Below, one piece after another: positions 36,434 through 45,969 of a DNA stretch of 64,000 nucleotides (within the stretch, counting starts at the first letter, position 1; each line of letters begins with the position of its first letter). Made by a program: the position numbers and the translations under genes. Below the pieces are notes generated by a model. That model saw only the letters and a program-made list of their open reading frames with translations, searched no databases and had not been told where the DNA came from. The stretch comes from Minisyncoccota bacterium (GTDB lineage: Bacteria; Patescibacteriota; Minisyncoccia; Phycocordibacterales; CSBR16-193), in contig JBBDRA010000003.1 in NCBI GenBank assembly GCA_040905715.1, forward strand, positions 199,075-263,074. The letters run 5' to 3'.

Positions 36434-36452
36434 AGGAATGAAATGACGAGGA

Positions 36453-36686
36453 TGCCCGGCAGGGCGCAGCCGAATTTGTGTTTTTTGCTAGCGAAGCGCT
36501 CCATATCCAAAAAAGCACAAATTCGCTTCGCTGTATTTTCGATAGAAAACACAAGAAGATTTGAGTTATAAATGAAAAAACGCGTCGCGCGGACTCGAAA
36601 AGGTTCTTCTGATATTTTGTGAGGAACGAAACAAAATATCGAAAACCTGTACAGAATTCGTAGAATTCGAGTCCCTGCCGGGCAGC
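36453..36686. repeat. Palindromic unit with inverted and direct copies of the tRNA-Gln 3' half
   Basis: TGCCCGGCAGGG at 36453 and GGACTCGAA at 36591 (inverted); TTCGAGTCCCTGCCGGGCAGC 36666-36686 identical to 36411-36431. Confidence 0.8.
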
Positions 36687-36779
36687 AACTGTTGTGATAC
36701 GACATATAGTAATTCAGCCGCTAAGACGGTAGCTTAGTGTGTTATAATGAACACATTATCAGTAACTGACTTATTACGT

Positions 36780-37349
36780 ATGTTAGATACGATCATAACT
36801 AAGACAAAAGACACTATTACAGCTGCGGTCAAAGGGACAGCCGATGTGCTGGGAACGCTTCGCAGCAGCGTTAAGGATCTTGTTGTAGATACGCTCAAGG
36901 ACGCCGGTGAGGTAACCGGTACGGCGATTGAGGTTGTATCAGGAGTTGTAAAGGGAGCTATCACCGGAGCATCAGAGATGGGCACTTCTGCTGTTGAGGC
37001 CTCATCCGATGTTGTAAGTGGTGCCGTGCACGGAGTTTCGGAGGCGGGCGGTGATATTATTGTCGCAGCCAAAGAGGCAACGCGCGGTGTGGTACAAGGA
37101 GCTTCGGAGGTTGGCGGTGATGTCGGTACTGCTGCTGTAAACGGTGTGCGCGGAGCCATCAAGGCAACGCAGGACATTGGCGGTGACACCGGAGAGACAG
37201 CCAAGTCGGCAGTTCTTGGTGCGGTTCGTGCCGCCGATGAGATCGGCGACGAGACCGGTAAGACTGTTCGAGACGCTCTTCTGGCAAGTGCTGAGCTGCC
37301 AAGGGATATCGTGGAAGCTGCTATCGGAAAAGAAGAAAAGGAAGAGTAA
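36780..37349 (+). CDS. Gly/Ala/Val-rich protein of ~22-aa helical repeats
   Basis: Repeating V.GA..GASE.GGD units. Confidence 0.7.
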   Translation: MLDTIITKTKDTITAAVKGTADVLGTLRSSVKDLVVDTLKDAGEVTGTAIEVVSGVVKGAITGASEMGTSAVEASSDVVSGAVHGVSEAGGDIIVAAKEATRGVVQGASEVGGDVGTAAVNGVRGAIKATQDIGGDTGETAKSAVLGAVRAADEIGDETGKTVRDALLASAELPRDIVEAAIGKEEKEE

Positions 37350-37449
37350 GAAGTTTTCGTTCCTTAGTAACTTAGTCTTCTTCGCGAAGCAATAACACAT
37401 ATTCTAGAAAAACCGCCCGAAAGGGTGGTTTTTCTGTTAAAATAGCATA

Positions 37450-37857
37450 ATGGCCATACTTTCTAAAAACACCTGGAAACGTCACGCAAATCCATGGAGC
37501 GGCTGGACGCGTGTGCTCGCGATGCCTGTTATTGCTGTGGGACTCTATCTACAAAGCTACTGGATACTTGGTCTGGCGGTGGTTTGGCTTATCGTTAATC
37601 CACTTATTTTTCCAAAACCCAAAAGCACGAATAACTGGATGAGTCGGGGTGTCCTAGGAGAAGAAAAGTACTACGCCGACGGCAAAAAGCTGAAAAGAGA
37701 TCTGCCAACACTTCTGAATAGTATAAATGTACCGGTATTTATAGCCTTCATCTATTTCGGCTGGACCGGGCAACTTATTCCGCTTATTCTTTCCGGGCTC
37801 CTCGTAATGACACTTAAATTCTGGTTCATTGATCGCATGAATCTCTTGGTGAAGTAA
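37450..37857 (+). CDS. Membrane protein (DUF6653-like)
   Basis: WKRHANPWSGWTR...NP..FPKP...WMSRGVLGE...KFWFIDRM. Confidence 0.7.
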   Translation: MAILSKNTWKRHANPWSGWTRVLAMPVIAVGLYLQSYWILGLAVVWLIVNPLIFPKPKSTNNWMSRGVLGEEKYYADGKKLKRDLPTLLNSINVPVFIAFIYFGWTGQLIPLILSGLLVMTLKFWFIDRMNLLVK

Positions 37858-37910
37858 CTACGATCAAACCACATTTTGTATAATGCATATACGTGTTAGC
37901 GTGAATATAT

Positions 37911-38087
37911 ATGAATAAAAACAAACTTCACCTTGGCACGGGACTTATCTGGGGAGCTGTATTGATCGGCACTTCACTCCTCACTGAAGCAGAGCCGGGA
38001 AGAATGCTTGACTGGGAATTGATGTGGGTGATCGTCGGAGGATTCTTGTTGCAGAGCCTACTCATTAACGTCTATTTCAAAAAGTAG
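37911..38087 (+). CDS. Small 2-TM protein (58 aa; not in the ORF track)
   Basis: Manual translation MNKNKLHLGTGLIWGAVLIG...IVGGFLLQSLLINVYFKK. Confidence 0.45.
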   Translation: MNKNKLHLGTGLIWGAVLIGTSLLTEAEPGRMLDWELMWVIVGGFLLQSLLINVYFKK

Positions 38088-38097
38088 AGTACGCTTC

Positions 38098-38455
38098 ATG
38101 AAAACAACCCCGGAACACGATAAGAGAATGGCAACAATGACCTTTGCGGAAGTGTATCCGCACTACGTGGCAAAGGTAGAGCGAAAAGGCAGAACAAAAG
38201 AGGAGTTGCACCGGGTCATACACTGGCTGACCGGTTTTGATGATACAACAATACATTGATGAGAACGCAACATTTGAAACCTTCTTTGCAAATGCAACGC
38301 TCAACCCCAACGCTCACCTCATAACCGGCGTAATATGCGGCTACCGAGTAGAAGAAATTGAGAATCCGCTCACCCAAAAGGTACGTTACCTCGACAAACT
38401 CGTCGACGAGCTAGCCAAAGGCAAACCGATTGAGAAGATTCTGCGGAAAGAGTAA
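38098..38455 (+). pseudogene. DUF2200-family gene with a frameshift near 38245
   Basis: Frame A MTFAEVYPHYVAKVERKGRTKEEL..WLTGFDD stops at 38259; frame B continues TFETFF...[14 protein letters not shown]...[14 protein letters not shown]. Confidence 0.8.
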
Positions 38456-38607
38456 CCAGTGAAAGATTGAATGTATCGTAGCGAGTCCGTAGGACGAAGC
38501 GAGATACGAGATATGTTATCTGCATGCTGGTACAAAGCCGGCTCCATCGAAAAACCTTTTTTAATTTATGTGCTAGTATTTATCAATTAGTATTATATAC
38601 AATGACT

Positions 38608-39273
38608 ATGAAATACATTGTTTTCAGTATTGTTATGGTAGCGATTATGGTGGCAGGAGTAGGGGGTTCAACGTCTACCGCTCACGCTATGAATAAAGCA
38701 GAGCTTATCGAAGCAATGGCTTCAAAAGCAGGGTTAAGTAAGGCAGACAGCAAAAAAGCTCTTGAAGGATTTCTAGATGCAGGAACTGACGCCTTAAAGA
38801 AAGGAGATAGACTCTCACTTATTGGTTTTGGTTCTTTCTCAGTATCGAAGCGAGCAGAACGTGGTGGAAGTGTGAATGAAGTAGAGTTCTTCCCTGAGGT
38901 ACGCAGTAAAGGAGCAGAAAAACGACATGCTGGTGAGACTGTTACCGGAGAAGAAATTGTAAAAATCCTGTCGGATAGATGTGCAAAAGAAAGTAAAGAA
39001 CGAGAAGGCGAAGCACGTTGCCCGGCATACGAAAAAATGCTTGACGCGCTTATTTCAGTTACCTCGGATGAACTTGTTCGGGGAGAGTTTGTCGAGTGGG
39101 GAACGGAAGAGTGGGGTGATTTTGGTACATTGCAATCGGCAATGGCTACCAGTATCAGCAAGCGATCAGCTCGTACCGGTCGAAATCCGCAAACCGGTAA
39201 AGAGATCAAAATAGCCGCAAAGAATACAGTAAAATTTAAAGCAGGCGCTGAGCTTTCTAAAGCAGTGAATTAA
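38608..39273 (+). CDS. HU/DNABII-family protein: tandem HU folds preceded by a Sec-type signal peptide
   Basis: MKYIVFSIVMVAIMVAGVGGSTSTAHA|MNKAELI...GFGSF...; second half GDFGTL...RTGRNPQTGKEIKIAAK.VKFKAG. Confidence 0.8.
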   Translation: MKYIVFSIVMVAIMVAGVGGSTSTAHAMNKAELIEAMASKAGLSKADSKKALEGFLDAGTDALKKGDRLSLIGFGSFSVSKRAERGGSVNEVEFFPEVRSKGAEKRHAGETVTGEEIVKILSDRCAKESKEREGEARCPAYEKMLDALISVTSDELVRGEFVEWGTEEWGDFGTLQSAMATSISKRSARTGRNPQTGKEIKIAAKNTVKFKAGAELSKAVN

Positions 39274-39560
39274 GCCATACATTTTTGAAAGAAAAACCGG
39301 CGTATACTACGTCGGTTTTTCTGTGCATGCTTGATGAATACAAGGTTGTGTAGACTATACGTAGTAGACAAACAAGGATGCTGTTTACAACAAGAGAAAT
39401 GGGGCAAGCTATCGTTTGTGGTTGTGAGTTTCGACAGCTTGCCGGGATGTTAAAACAGGGAGTAACCGCTCCTCTTTTTTATAACGCGCTTAGCGAAGCT
39501 TGTAAAATACTATCGGTTCTGTATGGTGTACTGGTTCATGGATTAAAAAGGAGATATACC

Positions 39561-39779
39561 ATGAAAGCGCTATTTTATTTTGTATGCATGATCGCCTGTC
39601 TGATTGTGGCCGTGCTGTTGTTCTTTTCTATTCGAGCTGAAGGGTATGAGCTGTGGCAACGGTCAGCCGCAACTCTTGCAGCGCCGTTCTTCTTTTTTCT
39701 CGCGCTCTGGTTTGCATCACTCGGCCTTGTTGCGGCCGCTGAGAAATGTGCTCCGGATACGCCGGGAGGAAAGGAGTAG
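39561..39779 (+). CDS. Small 2-TM orphan protein
   Basis: AAGGAGATATACC-ATG. Confidence 0.55.
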   Translation: MKALFYFVCMIACLIVAVLLFFSIRAEGYELWQRSAATLAAPFFFFLALWFASLGLVAAAEKCAPDTPGGKE

Positions 39780-39931
39780 TTTCGTTCCGTCTGTCTCTGC
39801 CCTCTATCCGCATACCACCTGATCCCTTCGGGTGGTTTTATGTACAGTACCGGGGTGTGGTGTTGACAAAGTTATTTATTATACTTATTGTTTACTCAGT
39901 TTAAGCACATACAAACAAAAAAGGATATCCT

Positions 39932-40375
39932 GTGCCATTGAAATATAGGATCGAGTTCGTCTATAGTGATCCGAGAAGTGTCATCATTCACCTTTCCGAG
40001 AAACTCTTGTGGGCAGACGAAGACGGTCAGTGGACGATGTTTGATTTTGCCGGCGGCGGTGTAAAGGATCAGGTAGATGAGTGCCCTCGGTATCTAATCG
40101 ATCTTCTCAACATGGACGGCGTTGAGAGTGTGAGGGTCAGAGCTCATCATCTGTTGATCGAGATCGCTGAGTTGGAAACCATCATCAGTGTGCTGGGGTC
40201 GGTGCTGTACCTGCTTGCCGGCAACATTGTCGGGGGTGCCGATGATCTTGAAGAAGACGGAACACCGTTCATGCAGGTTCCTGACGAAAACGGGAACATG
40301 ATACGAACGGAAGTTGGGTTTGAAAATGCACGATTACCCTCTGTCGGCAACAACAAGGGCAGCACGACTAGCTAA
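39932..40375 (+). CDS. Hypothetical protein, weak Nfu/NifU N-terminal-like pattern
   Basis: DPRSVIIHL...LLNMDGVESV; TTGACA at 39863; terminator GCAGCC/GGCTGC. Confidence 0.45.
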   Translation: MPLKYRIEFVYSDPRSVIIHLSEKLLWADEDGQWTMFDFAGGGVKDQVDECPRYLIDLLNMDGVESVRVRAHHLLIEIAELETIISVLGSVLYLLAGNIVGGADDLEEDGTPFMQVPDENGNMIRTEVGFENARLPSVGNNKGSTTS

Positions 40376-40649
40376 GCCGCTCGCTGGACCGTTTTGATTC
40401 GTTCTCTTTCTCCCTCATCCTAAAGCAGCCCCATGGCTGCTTTTTTCTTTTCCACAAATTGCCGGTCTCGTTGTGTGTCACTCCTAATCCTTAATAATCC
40501 ATACTGAACGAAGCAAATCTTTGAATTGACTTTCAGGTACTTCGCTATATAGTGAGGTCGGAACTTTTAATCGTGCCAGAAACTCCGGTCTCCTTTACCG
40601 GATGCCCGGTGCGTCACCGGGTTCTTTGCATGATAGAGGAGTGTGTCCT

Positions 40650-41201
40650 ATGAAGATGTGGAATCGAACCACGATGGAATGGCGTTGTGATTTGGCATAT
40701 GCCGGCCTCGAGATAAATATCCCGGTTGATGATATGCCCGGCCGGGATGATCTTGTGCACTCGATCAGCGCCTGCAAAGCGGTATCACAGCCCGACCAAT
40801 GCGGCCGTCTAGAGCTTCAGATCAAGCGCTGTGTGATAACCCCGACCACCAAACACGAAGATATCATCGAGCGCCTGAAGGAGATATGCCAGGCAGTTCG
40901 TGAAAATGAGCACGGTTTCAATGGTGTCGGGCTTCGCGAGAAGGGTATTGAGAAAGGGAAGTACCCGATCTGGTTCACGATGAGCCGCGACCTTTCGTTC
41001 TGCGACGCGGCGATAAAACTGGTCCGCGGCATCTTTGATGGCCTCGGAGTAGAAGACAAACACCGTATGCGCCTGTCCAGCTTCAGGATCACTCAGGAGA
41101 CACTTGTTCCGGTCGATGAGGGTTGGATAACGTATGCACGTTGGCTTCGTATGTACCACCGCCTCAATGCGTTTTCATTGGATGAAGTGTGCGGAGCATA
41201 A
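40650..41201 (+). CDS. Orphan hypothetical protein
   Basis: GAGGAG SD; terminator ACGCCAGGCAA/TTGCCTGGCGT. Confidence 0.5.
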   Translation: MKMWNRTTMEWRCDLAYAGLEINIPVDDMPGRDDLVHSISACKAVSQPDQCGRLELQIKRCVITPTTKHEDIIERLKEICQAVRENEHGFNGVGLREKGIEKGKYPIWFTMSRDLSFCDAAIKLVRGIFDGLGVEDKHRMRLSSFRITQETLVPVDEGWITYARWLRMYHRLNAFSLDEVCGA

Positions 41202-41394
41202 CAGCACATTTCGCTCGCTACAAACAACGCCAGGCAATAAACTTGCCTGGCGTTTATTTATGTCCTGTGGGTATAGAGACCTCTCAGTACTTCTTTTTTC
41301 TCAGTTTCTATAGTATCGTACGGCGTGGAATACTCTCGTCGAGTACCTATTTGTTCTTCGACACTCTTTCAGTTTCTTGAAAGGAATATGTGCC

Positions 41395-42786
41395 ATGAGC
41401 CAGAACACACTGTTCGACAAGATTTGGAGCGCTCACAGCGTTCGGGTTTTGCCCACTGGGCAGACCCAGCTTTTCATCGGGCTGCATCTCATTCATGAGG
41501 TGACCAGCCCGCAGGCATTCGACATGTTGCGCAAGCGGGAGCTCACGGTTCGCTTTCCGAAGCGAACCTTTGCCACCGTGGATCACATCGTGCCGACCAC
41601 CGAGGAGGGTCGCGAGCGTCCGTTCCTGGACGTCATCGCCGATGATATGCTCACGCATATCGAGCAAAACTGCCGAGAATTTGACATTACTTTCTTCGGC
41701 CTCGGCCACGAGGGGCAAGGCATTGTCCATGTCATTGGCCCGGAGTTGGGACTGACCCAGCCCGGCTTGACCATTGCCTGCGGCGATAGCCATACCTCGA
41801 CGCACGGCGCCTTTGGTGCCATCGCGTTCGGTATCGGCACTACGCAGGTGTTCAACGTCCTGGCAACGCAGTGCCTTTTGCTCAAGAAGCCGAAGGTTCG
41901 GCAGATCAAGGTTAACGGCGAGCTGCCTCCCGGCGTGTTCGCCAAGGACATTATCCTGGCGATCATCGGGAAGCTCGGCGTGAAGGGCGGCATCGGCTAT
42001 GCCTACGAATACACCGGCTCGGCGGTTGATGGGCTGGACATGGAAGGTCGTATGACCATCTGCAATATGTCCATCGAGGGCGGTGCCACCTGCGGGTACA
42101 TCAACCCCGATCAGACGACCGTTGAGTACCTCAAGGGTCGTGCCTTTGTGCCGAAGGGCGCACGGTTCGACCAGGCCGCGAAGCAGTGGCTTGAGCTCAG
42201 CTCGGGGTCTGACGCTGTCTATGACGACGTTGTGGAGATCGACGGCAACTCGCTCTCACCGATGACCACGTGGGGTATCACCCCCGGCCAGGTCGTCGGT
42301 ATGGACGATCCGATTCCGAACGATGCCGACCCTGAGGCTCTTTCTTTCATGGGTCTCACGGTCGGCCAGAGGATCATCGGTACCAAGATCGATGTTGCCT
42401 TCATTGGCTCGTGCACCAACGGTCGCATCAGCGACCTGCGGGAAGCGGCTCGCGCCATCACTGAGCATGGTCTCACGGTGGCCTCGCATGTTACCGCCCT
42501 GGTTGTTCCCGGCTCAGAGTCGGTGCGCAAGCAGGCGGAGACAGAAGGGCTTCATGAGATCTTTCGGAACGCCGGCTTTGAATGGCGTGAAGCCGGGTGC
42601 TCGATGTGCCTGGCTATGAACCCTGACAAGCTCGAAGGGTCGCAGCGTTGTGCCGCTTCGTCAAACCGCAACTTCAAGGGCCGGCAGGGCAGTCCGACCG
42701 GACGCACCCACCTGATGTCGCCGGCGTCTGTTGTTGCCTCGGCTGCGGCCGGGGAGATCGCCTCTCTCCAGCAGCTTGTAGCCTGA
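41395..42786 (+). CDS. leuC: 3-isopropylmalate dehydratase large subunit
   Basis: [53 protein letters not shown]. Confidence 0.96.
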   Translation: MSQNTLFDKIWSAHSVRVLPTGQTQLFIGLHLIHEVTSPQAFDMLRKRELTVRFPKRTFATVDHIVPTTEEGRERPFLDVIADDMLTHIEQNCREFDITFFGLGHEGQGIVHVIGPELGLTQPGLTIACGDSHTSTHGAFGAIAFGIGTTQVFNVLATQCLLLKKPKVRQIKVNGELPPGVFAKDIILAIIGKLGVKGGIGYAYEYTGSAVDGLDMEGRMTICNMSIEGGATCGYINPDQTTVEYLKGRAFVPKGARFDQAAKQWLELSSGSDAVYDDVVEIDGNSLSPMTTWGITPGQVVGMDDPIPNDADPEALSFMGLTVGQRIIGTKIDVAFIGSCTNGRISDLREAARAITEHGLTVASHVTALVVPGSESVRKQAETEGLHEIFRNAGFEWREAGCSMCLAMNPDKLEGSQRCAASSNRNFKGRQGSPTGRTHLMSPASVVASAAAGEIASLQQLVA

Positions 42787-42822
42787 ATTCCCCGAAACGT
42801 TCAGATAAAAAGGAACAAAGCT

Positions 42823-43431
42823 ATGACTTCACCGGCAGATATGGCAATTACACGGATCGGGGGGAGGGCATTTCACCTTGCCGGCGCTGACGTTGACACC
42901 GACCGGATCATTCCGGCTCGGTACCTCAGGTGCGTGACCTTCGATGGCCTCGAACAGCACGTGTTCGAAGACGACCGAGCGCAGCTGAACGGACAGCATC
43001 CCTTCGATCTTTCTGAGAACATCGGCCGCAGTGTCCTCATCGTGGATGCCAATTTCGGCTGCGGCTCAAGCCGTGAGCACGCCGTCGCCGCGATCCAGCG
43101 GTGGGGTATCAAGGTTATCATCGGCCAGTCGTTCGCCGAGATCTTCCGGGGGAACGCGACGGCCAACGGTTTGGTCTGTGTCGATGTTTCTGAGCAAGAT
43201 CACGCTCGCATTCTACACGAGCTCGGCAAAAAGGATTCTGGGGTTATCATCTACCTCGACACTTTGAGGGCAGAGTTGAAGAGGTCTGCAGAATCGATGG
43301 CGATCACTATGCCTTTCGCCGATCGCGACATGCTCGTGGGCGGCACCTACGACACGACCGCAACCCTGCTCCAGGCCGGCGACCAGATCGAGGAGACCGC
43401 ATCGCGTCTTCCGTACATGGTGACTGATTAG
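42823..43431 (+). CDS. leuD: 3-isopropylmalate dehydratase small subunit
   Basis: DVDTDRIIPARYL, NFGCGSSREHA, SFAEIF. Confidence 0.95.
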   Translation: MTSPADMAITRIGGRAFHLAGADVDTDRIIPARYLRCVTFDGLEQHVFEDDRAQLNGQHPFDLSENIGRSVLIVDANFGCGSSREHAVAAIQRWGIKVIIGQSFAEIFRGNATANGLVCVDVSEQDHARILHELGKKDSGVIIYLDTLRAELKRSAESMAITMPFADRDMLVGGTYDTTATLLQAGDQIEETASRLPYMVTD

Positions 43432-43510
43432 TCTCCGTGAAGAAACTGAAAGAATCTAAACCACAGACCCGCTGTCCGTTACGGACACGCGGGTCTTTTT
43501 TATCAGTGCC

Positions 43511-44486
43511 GGCGGCGCCTTGGTTCCGGCGCATGGTTGTTTTTCAAGAACATGTGCTCAGTCAAATGCTCCAGGTTGTGTTATTCCTCCTAATCTTCAA
43601 TGATCCGTTTTTGTATATGAAAACCCCCTCTCTTGAGAGAGGGGGAAGGGGTTCGGTGCGTGGAGCCTCAGTGTGCCAGCAGGTCGATCACGTCGTGTAT
43701 TCGGGGCAGGAATGGCGAAGAGCGCAGGAGCTTTGCCACTGCAACCGCTCCGTGGCCATAGGGTGCGCCGCCATTGATCTTGCATGAGTACTCAAGTGGC
43801 ACGCCGGAAACCTCGACTGTTATCATGTGCCAAGCATGCCAGTCCAGATTCTCTTCAGGGACGCCAAGCGCAAGCTGCTCACCCCGGTCTCTGATAGAAC
43901 GGGTGTTCTCGTTTGGAATGTTCAGGATCTCCTGAATTTTCCACAGTGTACCCGGCACACTTGTCTTGGTGCTTTGGTGACTCTCGGTGACCCATGCTTC
44001 CCAATTAAAGAACTGGGGTTCTAAGTAATCACGAAGCTGTACAAGCTGATTCAGCAGGTAGATAACCGGAAAAGCCAGGTTCGGCGCTCTCACGACCGGT
44101 ATTCTTTTGGCCGCGTTGAACAGTGGCTGTTCGTGAAGTCCTGTCGAGGCCATGATGAACGGGGCGCCTTGATCGCAGCAGAGCGCCAGAGCGTCATCCA
44201 GCTGTCTGCCTGAACCAGTATGGATACATACGGCATCATCCATTGGTCTTGGTTGCTTCGGGTCGTACTGCGACACCGAGACGTTATGTTCTTCGCATGC
44301 CGCAATGATGGCGCTGGCAAGCTTCCCGCACCCAACTATGAGAATGTGCATTTGTTGTCTTTCTTCTAAAAGGTACTCGATCTTCTTAATTAGCCAGCTC
44401 AAAATATAGCACGGCACCCTAGCAGGTCAACGATAGGTGGCGATTGTTGATGATGGCGGCGCCTTGGTTCCGGCGCATGGTTGTTT
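43511..44486. repeat. 32-bp perfect direct repeats (43511-43542 and 44455-44486) flanking the dapB-like gene
   Basis: GGCGGCGCCTTGGTTCCGGCGCATGGTTGTTT occurs twice. Confidence 0.85.
43668..44351 (-). CDS. Dihydrodipicolinate reductase (DapB)-like protein
   Basis: Rossmann IVGCGKLA, IMASTG, APNLA, ESHQSTKTSVPGT, YGHGA. Confidence 0.75.
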   Translation of the reverse strand: MHILIVGCGKLASAIIAACEEHNVSVSQYDPKQPRPMDDAVCIHTGSGRQLDDALALCCDQGAPFIMASTGLHEQPLFNAAKRIPVVRAPNLAFPVIYLLNQLVQLRDYLEPQFFNWEAWVTESHQSTKTSVPGTLWKIQEILNIPNENTRSIRDRGEQLALGVPEENLDWHAWHMITVEVSGVPLEYSCKINGGAPYGHGAVAVAKLLRSSPFLPRIHDVIDLLAH

Positions 44487-44670
44487 CGTCGACGAGCTCG
44501 CCAAAGGCAAGGCGACGGAGAAGATCCTGCGGAAAGGGTACCGGGTTGGGTGAATAGGGGTAGAAAGGAAGAAAAGAAGTAAAAGGATACAAAATAAACA
44601 CTAAAGACCGGGGTCTTTAGTGTTTAGGGATGAAAACATCACTGTTCCTTGTCTGTGGTATAATTAAACT

Positions 44671-44865
44671 ATGAATTTATTTCAATCATATAGATATACA
44701 TGGTGGCAGATCGGTATTTTTAAGCTGGCGCTCTTGGGTATCGGTGTCGCTATTGGCGCGCAATGGCACGAGTTGCTTGCTGAATACTTGGTGCCGATCC
44801 TCTTGGTAGCGCTGGTCGCTACGGTCTATATTATGTACGTCTCGATCAAGCAGGTGAGGGGGTAA
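44671..44865 (+). CDS. Small 2-TM protein
   Basis: WWQIGIFKLALLGIGVAIGA.W; extended -10 TGGTATAAT just upstream. Confidence 0.65.
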   Translation: MNLFQSYRYTWWQIGIFKLALLGIGVAIGAQWHELLAEYLVPILLVALVATVYIMYVSIKQVRG

Positions 44866-45070
44866 ACTTGCTTTTACCGTCTGCTCTAAGTATTGAACGA
44901 AAGCATACTAAAAGCCCGCGGTTGTGGTAGTGTTCCTTCTGCTGATCGGGTTGAAATTGCTGATCTGGCCGTGGTCTAAGTGAGGCAAGTATGGGGTTGA
45001 ACCTCATTATTTACAATGTGGGTGTAACTGCTGCGTAAGCGGGGTATGCTTTCGTGTTAAAATGATACCT

Positions 45071-45538
45071 ATGAACATTCTTAAACTAATGATCGCGATC
45101 GTAGTGCCGCTTGCGGTCGGGTTTCTCGGGTCGCTGGTGACCATGCCGGCGATCGACAGTTGGTACGTCGAGCTTGCAAAGCCGGCGCTGAATCCGCCGA
45201 GCTGGGTGTTCGGACCTGCCTGGACCGCTCTGTATGTGTTGATGGGTGTTGCGGCGTTTCTGGTCTGGAGAAAAGGGCTTGAGAGTAAGGGTGTACGGGT
45301 TGCGTTGGGACTCTTTGCAGCTCAGCTTGTACTGAACGGTATCTGGTCTTTTATTTTCTTCGGACTGCAGAATCCGATCGTTGCGCTTATTGATATCGCT
45401 GTGTTGTGGATCCTTATTGTGTTCACGATGATCGCGTTCTATCGTGTCTCACCGGTGGCAATGTGTCTGCTCGTTCCGTATCTTCTGTGGGTGAGCTTTG
45501 CTACGTACTTGAACGCGGCGATCGCTATGCTGAATTAA
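45071..45538 (+). CDS. tspO: TspO/MBR family protein
   Basis: WYVELAKPALNPPSWVFGPAWT.LY, LNGIWSFIFF, LLVPYLLWVSFATYLN. Confidence 0.93.
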   Translation: MNILKLMIAIVVPLAVGFLGSLVTMPAIDSWYVELAKPALNPPSWVFGPAWTALYVLMGVAAFLVWRKGLESKGVRVALGLFAAQLVLNGIWSFIFFGLQNPIVALIDIAVLWILIVFTMIAFYRVSPVAMCLLVPYLLWVSFATYLNAAIAMLN

Positions 45539-45717
45539 ACCCGGGATCAGTTTTACCAACTGTTTTTGATGGGTGCGATTTTAATTAGCTCAATAGTGCC
45601 ACTCTTTCTTTTTCATCTATATCGAGGTTCAAAAAAATAACTACCTGAGTATAAAATTTCAACACAGAGGCCAGACCTCTGTGTTGGTGGGGAGAGATGT
45701 GGAGGGGGTGAACGAGT

Positions 45718-45969
45718 CTACTTCTCGTAGACCTTTCGCCACCAGTAGAAGCCTTGTTGGAGACCGAGTGCGAGACCGGCAAACCAGAGGGCGAAGGCGC
45801 CGATGCGATGAATAACGTGCCATGTTTCTATTGAGAGGCCGTAGAATGATCCTTCTGCCATAAATACCAGCAGAATAGGATACTCGATGCCGACGTGGAT
45901 CACGGTGCTGATCAGTAGGCCTAAAAACGTAAAGGCAAGGATGTATATGTATTTTTTAGCACGTTTCAT
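45718..45969 (-). CDS. Small membrane protein
   Basis: YILAFTFLGLL...H..IE...G.YWWRKVY pattern. Confidence 0.6.
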   Translation of the reverse strand: MKRAKKYIYILAFTFLGLLISTVIHVGIEYPILLVFMAEGSFYGLSIETWHVIHRIGAFALWFAGLALGLQQGFYWWRKVYEK

